Shown piece by piece: positions 13,257-17,071 of a DNA stretch of 17,071 bases. The notes under the pieces were generated by a model. It saw only the letters and a program-made list of their open reading frames with translations. It had not been told where the DNA came from and did not search any database. Within the stretch, counting starts at the first letter, position 1. Every line of letters begins with the position of its first letter. This DNA is from an uncultured bacterium. GTDB taxonomy: Bacteria; SAR324; NAC60-12. The DNA is taken from assembly GCA_965662845.1 (NCBI GenBank), contig CBFIJD010000053.1:1-17071 (forward strand), written 5' to 3'. The position numbers and the translations under genes are program-made.

Positions 13257-14365
13257 CCGACTTCACCCAGACCACGCACTTCAGCCTGAAAAAACCTGCG
13301 ATTGGGGGCTCGACCGACAAGTGGGGGGAGTACCTCAACCTCAACCTCGATGAGATCGACACTCAACTCCACACGCTGGCGAGTCAGACCACGGAGCGCA
13401 GCCTAGAGAGCCTCTCAAATGTTGTGATCGAGCTGGCCCCTGTGACAGGGCAGGTGCTGCAGTTTGGTACGAGCAACTGGACAGCCGCGGCCCTCGACAT
13501 CCCCTCCGACCTCGGAGACCTCTCCAGCGTGGAGATTGCCTCCCCTGCAGACGGTCAGGTGCTGGCGTATTCGTCAGCGAACCAGCGCTGGGAAAACCAA
13601 AACGCTGGAACCGCGACCCTCGCAGACGGAGACGTCACAGAGCCCAAACTATCGGTCACCGTTCAGGCGAAGCTCAACTCCATTCTCCCTGTGGAGGCTG
13701 GGACTCCCGCAGACGGCCAGATCCTGCGGTACAACAGCGAGAGTACTCTGTGGGAGATGCAGAATTTCACAGGTGGGAGCATCACGACCCTCGAGGACAC
13801 GGACGTCAGCAACGTGACCACAGGATCAGTGCTGGTCTATTCCGCCGGTGCACAGTGGACCGCGCGGGCTCTGAGCACGAGCGATGTGGACGGACTGCAG
13901 ACTGCGCTGGACGGTAAATTCAACGCGAGCCAAGTAACAAACTACGCCCAGAACCTGCTCTCTGCGTCCTCTGCAGCGGAGGCCCGTCAGGCGTTGATCG
14001 TGGACCCCCAAGGGACAGACAACAGCACACCGGTCTCGCTAGACCGGACAGCGCACGACTACCTGAGCCTGAGCGACCAACAGATCACCCTCGGAGCCAT
14101 TGACTTCAGCGCAGACGTCACAGGCTCCGTTCCCGCCTCGCGGATCACCTCAGAGTCGGCACCTGACGGCTACGTGCTGCGTTCGGATGGAGCAGGGAAC
14201 GCGGCTTGGGAGGAACTGAGCACGGAAGAAGGCGGGGAGATCATTGGCGCCATTGTCGCGATGGAGATCAATACCAACGGCGAGCTGCTCCTACTGCACA
14301 CAGGCTCGTTCGATGAGGATAATGTGTACATAAACGGTAACAGCCAACTGATTTTGGAGGTGTAG
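13253..14365 (+). CDS. Tail fibre shaft protein with GQVL..W repeats
   Basis: N-terminal LKKPAIGGSTDKWGEYLN. Five repeats: GQVLQF..W, DGQVLAY..W, DGQILRY..W, GSVLVY..W, DGYVLRS..W. Confidence 0.8.
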   Translation: MTDFTQTTHFSLKKPAIGGSTDKWGEYLNLNLDEIDTQLHTLASQTTERSLESLSNVVIELAPVTGQVLQFGTSNWTAAALDIPSDLGDLSSVEIASPADGQVLAYSSANQRWENQNAGTATLADGDVTEPKLSVTVQAKLNSILPVEAGTPADGQILRYNSESTLWEMQNFTGGSITTLEDTDVSNVTTGSVLVYSAGAQWTARALSTSDVDGLQTALDGKFNASQVTNYAQNLLSASSAAEARQALIVDPQGTDNSTPVSLDRTAHDYLSLSDQQITLGAIDFSADVTGSVPASRITSESAPDGYVLRSDGAGNAAWEELSTEEGGEIIGAIVAMEINTNGELLLLHTGSFDEDNVYINGNSQLILEV

Positions 14366-14367
14366 AG

Positions 14368-15318
14368 ATGGCAACTCTCAATCTAGGCCGCGTTCGGCCT
14401 GTGTTCAAGGGGCTTTGGTCTCAATACAGCGACGGGCAGACGCTGATCCCTTACGATGTCGTGATGTTCGCAGGCTCCGCGTGGGTGGTGAATCAGACGC
14501 ACACCATAAACACTGCTACGGACGGGACTGGGACTCAGCCGGGCACTGCGAACGCATCCACCCTCTTCACGGAAATCAACGAGGGCTTCCAGTGGCTGGG
14601 GAGCTGGGACAACTCGACCAGATACTATCCGGGCCAGCTAGTGAAATCCGGCCCTTCGACGTTTATTGCGACACAGGAGAATCAGAATAAAAACCCAGCC
14701 GCGAACCCCAGCAGTTGGACGATATTTGCAGCCGGGTTCGGGGTGCTGGCGAACCCAGTGAGTTACGACTCGAACACATCGTATGTGGTCGGCGAAATCA
14801 TCACCTTTCGGGGCTCTACGTGGATCTGCACGACGACGACGGTTCCCAATCAGAGTCCAGCGTCGCATCCGAATTTATGGGAGCCGCTGACGCTTGGATT
14901 TGATTTACAGGGCGAATACTCCGAAGGGGTCTCGTATTCGTACCGACAGGTCGTCTCGTTCCACGGCGGCAGTTATGTTGTCAATAACGAAGCAGGGACG
15001 ATTGCAGGCGACGACCCAAACGAGTCGAATAAATGGACGCAGCTGACTACGGGGATCGAGTTTGCAGGCACGTGGAACAACTCCACCACGTATATCCCTG
15101 GCGACGTAGTCGGCCACGAGAATGGGATCTATCGCTGCATTCTGCGTGTTCAGGGCGGCACAGGTCAGCGCCCAGAGGACAGCCCAACTTACTGGGAGCT
15201 GGTGCTCTCGAACGTAAATAATTTCTTAGAGCCTGACCTCATCGACCTTGGCAGCATCACCGACAGCGTTGGAATCGCCGAGGTTTTCGATCTCGGAAAT
15301 ATCACAGTGACCCCCTAA
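14368..15318 (+). CDS. Tail fibre protein with five CBM5/12-like aromatic repeats
   Basis: MATLNLGRVRPVFKGLW start. Repeats such as WLGSWDNSTRYYPGQLV and FAGTWNNSTTYIPGDVVGHENGIYRC. C-terminal DLGSI/DLGNI. Confidence 0.8.
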   Translation: MATLNLGRVRPVFKGLWSQYSDGQTLIPYDVVMFAGSAWVVNQTHTINTATDGTGTQPGTANASTLFTEINEGFQWLGSWDNSTRYYPGQLVKSGPSTFIATQENQNKNPAANPSSWTIFAAGFGVLANPVSYDSNTSYVVGEIITFRGSTWICTTTTVPNQSPASHPNLWEPLTLGFDLQGEYSEGVSYSYRQVVSFHGGSYVVNNEAGTIAGDDPNESNKWTQLTTGIEFAGTWNNSTTYIPGDVVGHENGIYRCILRVQGGTGQRPEDSPTYWELVLSNVNNFLEPDLIDLGSITDSVGIAEVFDLGNITVTP

Positions 15319-15331
15319 CTAAAGTAGAACT

Positions 15332-16015
15332 ATGGCGAAACAAATTTTACAAAGATATGGCACGGCAGCAGATCTTAATCCAATCACGGGCACGGCAGGC
15401 ACGAACAGAGAGATTGCGCTAGAGGTTGATGGCTCTGGCGTCGCAACTGGTCAGATCCGCGTCATGGATGGTGTGACCAATGGCGGCCTCGTGATCGCGC
15501 CACTCCCCGCTGGAATCATAATGCCATTCGCGAATGATACTGCTCCTGATGGATTTTTAGAATGCAATGGCGCCTCCTTGAATCGTGCGAGTTATGCTAG
15601 TTTATTCAGTGCGATTGGGACGACATGGGGAGATGGGGATGACGCTGGAAATACTTTTGCTTTGCCAGATTTGAGGGGTGCTTTTTTAAGAGGTACTGGG
15701 ACGGGGTCAATCAATAGCAGAGATAAAATAGGCGGGGATGTTGGTTCGTTTCAAGAGGATGAAACGATGAATGCTACCGGAAGCGCGAGATTTGGTGGTA
15801 TTTTTAGCTATTCTTATCCTATCCCAGTGACTTATGCAGATGGCATCTTTGCCAGACAAGGCAACAACTCTACCAAAGTAGCCCGTTATTCCAGCGGAAC
15901 GGCAGATGGCGGAAATAACACAGAAACTCTTAGATTCGATCTCAGTCAAAGCGTAAGAACTGGGGCTGAAATTAGGCCATATAATGCTGGCATTCTTTAT
16001 TGCATCAAATACTAA
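15332..16015 (+). CDS. Distal tail fibre protein: Mtd-N-like N-terminus plus phage tail collar domain
   Basis: QILQRYGT...IRVMDGVTNGG, followed by the collar signature PAGIIMPFA...PDGFLECNGASLNRASYASLFSAIGTTWG...FALPDLRGAFLRG. Confidence 0.85.
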   Translation: MAKQILQRYGTAADLNPITGTAGTNREIALEVDGSGVATGQIRVMDGVTNGGLVIAPLPAGIIMPFANDTAPDGFLECNGASLNRASYASLFSAIGTTWGDGDDAGNTFALPDLRGAFLRGTGTGSINSRDKIGGDVGSFQEDETMNATGSARFGGIFSYSYPIPVTYADGIFARQGNNSTKVARYSSGTADGGNNTETLRFDLSQSVRTGAEIRPYNAGILYCIKY

Positions 16016-16398
16016 TGGAAAAAATGAGAAAAGAAAAAACCGCTTGGAATAAAAATGATGCGGCGCCATTACGAGCGTTAGAATCCCCATTAGAACCAAA
16101 TGTTTTTCTGATCCCAGCAGGTGCCACAGAAATCGAACCTCCCGCATTTGATCCTGAAACTCATTTTTGTCAATTTGAAGATAACGCATGGGTCATTCGC
16201 GAGATTCCTGAACCTGAACCAACGGAAGAAGAGGAACCTGAACCCTATGAACCCACATACATGGATCTTCGTTTACAGGAGTATGGGTCTCCAATGGAAC
16301 AATTAGAGTTTATCACAGAGAATGGTTTAGAAGCATGGCAACAAAAAGTTGCTGAAATCAAAAACAAGTATCCAAAACCAAATCCATCTAATGAGTGA
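16015..16398 (+). CDS. Tail fibre assembly chaperone-like protein
   Basis: ESPLEPNVFLIPAGATEIEPP is a Tfa-like motif. C-terminal YMDLRLQEY..EQLE..W..IKNKYPKP. TAATG overlap with the collar gene supports ATG 16015. Confidence 0.75.
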   Translation: MEKMRKEKTAWNKNDAAPLRALESPLEPNVFLIPAGATEIEPPAFDPETHFCQFEDNAWVIREIPEPEPTEEEEPEPYEPTYMDLRLQEYGSPMEQLEFITENGLEAWQQKVAEIKNKYPKPNPSNE

Positions 16399-16400
16399 TT

Positions 16401-16451
16401 ATGTCATACATCGGTAACCAATTACCCGTTGATGTCCCACAAGAGGAGTGA
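16401..16451 (+). pseudogene. 16-aa mini-ORF MSYIGNQLPVDVPQEE, possible remnant of a fibre gene
   Basis: Begins 2 nt after the chaperone stop, at the end of the low-GC block. The MSYIGN start resembles N-termini of marine phage fibre proteins. Confidence 0.35.
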
Positions 16452-16454
16452 GCT

Positions 16455-16766
16455 ATGGAAGCGGGGAGCATCGTAGAATTATTTAAGCAGCTGGGGACAC
16501 CGTCCGTGGTGCTGCTCGCATGCTTTTGGTACATTCGCTGGATGTCAGACTCTAACATTAAAGAGCGCGACAAATTACAGAACCAGCATGCTGAAGAACG
16601 ACGCATCTTTTTACAGAAAGATACAGACTCGGATCAAGCCCTTCGCGATCTCATGCAGAACTCGAATGCACAGCTTTTAAACGTATTGAGCGAAACCAAT
16701 AAAACCCTCAAAGAGATGACGGTCGCAATCTCAGAATTGAAGCAAACGATTCACTCGGATAAATGA
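16455..16766 (+). CDS. Putative holin (single TM helix plus coiled coil)
   Basis: Hydrophobic LGTPSVVLLACFWYIRWM, GAGGAG RBS at 16443-16448, and position directly upstream of the endolysin. Confidence 0.6.
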   Translation: MEAGSIVELFKQLGTPSVVLLACFWYIRWMSDSNIKERDKLQNQHAEERRIFLQKDTDSDQALRDLMQNSNAQLLNVLSETNKTLKEMTVAISELKQTIHSDK

Positions 16767-17071
16767 TGCAGGTGATCGAGCAAACCAAACATTTCAGCCG
16801 CAGCGAATTGCAGTGCAGGGTGTCTGGGAACTGCAAAATGAGCGACTTGTTCATGTATAAAATCGAAAGTCTGCGCGAAGAGTTCGGTAAACCGATGCGG
16901 GTTTCATCCGCGTATCGCGATCCCGTTAAACACCCTATCGAGGTTCGCAAAGAAACGCCGGGTTATCACGCGCAGGGGCGGGCGATGGACGTGTTGGTTT
17001 CAGGCAACGATGCGTGGCGCTTGGTGGCTCTCGCGGTAGAATACGATTTGTCCATCGGCGTCTCACAAAAA
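16763..17071 (+). CDS. Peptidase M15 family endolysin, 3'-truncated (absent from the ORF track)
   Basis: Hand translation: MMQVIEQTKHFSRSELQCR...LREEFGKPMRVSSAYRDPVKHP...GYHAQGRAMDV, with the SxYR and HxxxxxxD zinc motifs. Open to the window end. Confidence 0.9.
   Translation, partial: MMQVIEQTKHFSRSELQCRVSGNCKMSDLFMYKIESLREEFGKPMRVSSAYRDPVKHPIEVRKETPGYHAQGRAMDVLVSGNDAWRLVALAVEYDLSIGVSQK

Noticed and set aside
15332..16015. Diversity-generating retroelement target suggested by the Mtd-N-like segment
   Set aside because: No reverse transcriptase or TR/VR repeat pair is visible in the window, and the C-terminus is collar-type.

Overview
This window is a co-oriented (+ strand) late-gene region of a GC-rich, podovirus-like tailed phage or prophage. 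Gene order: partial MazG-like gene, small and large terminase, P22-like portal, two accessory proteins, two small genes, scaffold, major capsid protein, adaptor, a multi-gene tail-fibre array, fibre chaperone, holin-like gene and a truncated M15 peptidase endolysin. No sheath or tape-measure gene is visible. The best candidate for an undescribed system lies between portal and scaffold. Two otherwise unrelated proteins, an LPD23/HExxH metallopeptidase and a GNAT-like protein, share a ~70-aa N-terminal leader conserved at the protein level, which suggests an address tag on swappable virion cargo. A 73-aa ORF with its own RBS is nested out of frame just after the GNAT-like domain and could be an immunity gene. 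Other signals are a 28-bp dif-like site and GC palindromes between terS and terL, a 9-bp-periodic motif upstream of three late genes, a 32-aa four-cysteine ORF missed by the ORF track, three fibre genes with one anchor motif, and a low-GC fibre-tip cassette. Family assignments come from motif recognition by eye; no database search was run.
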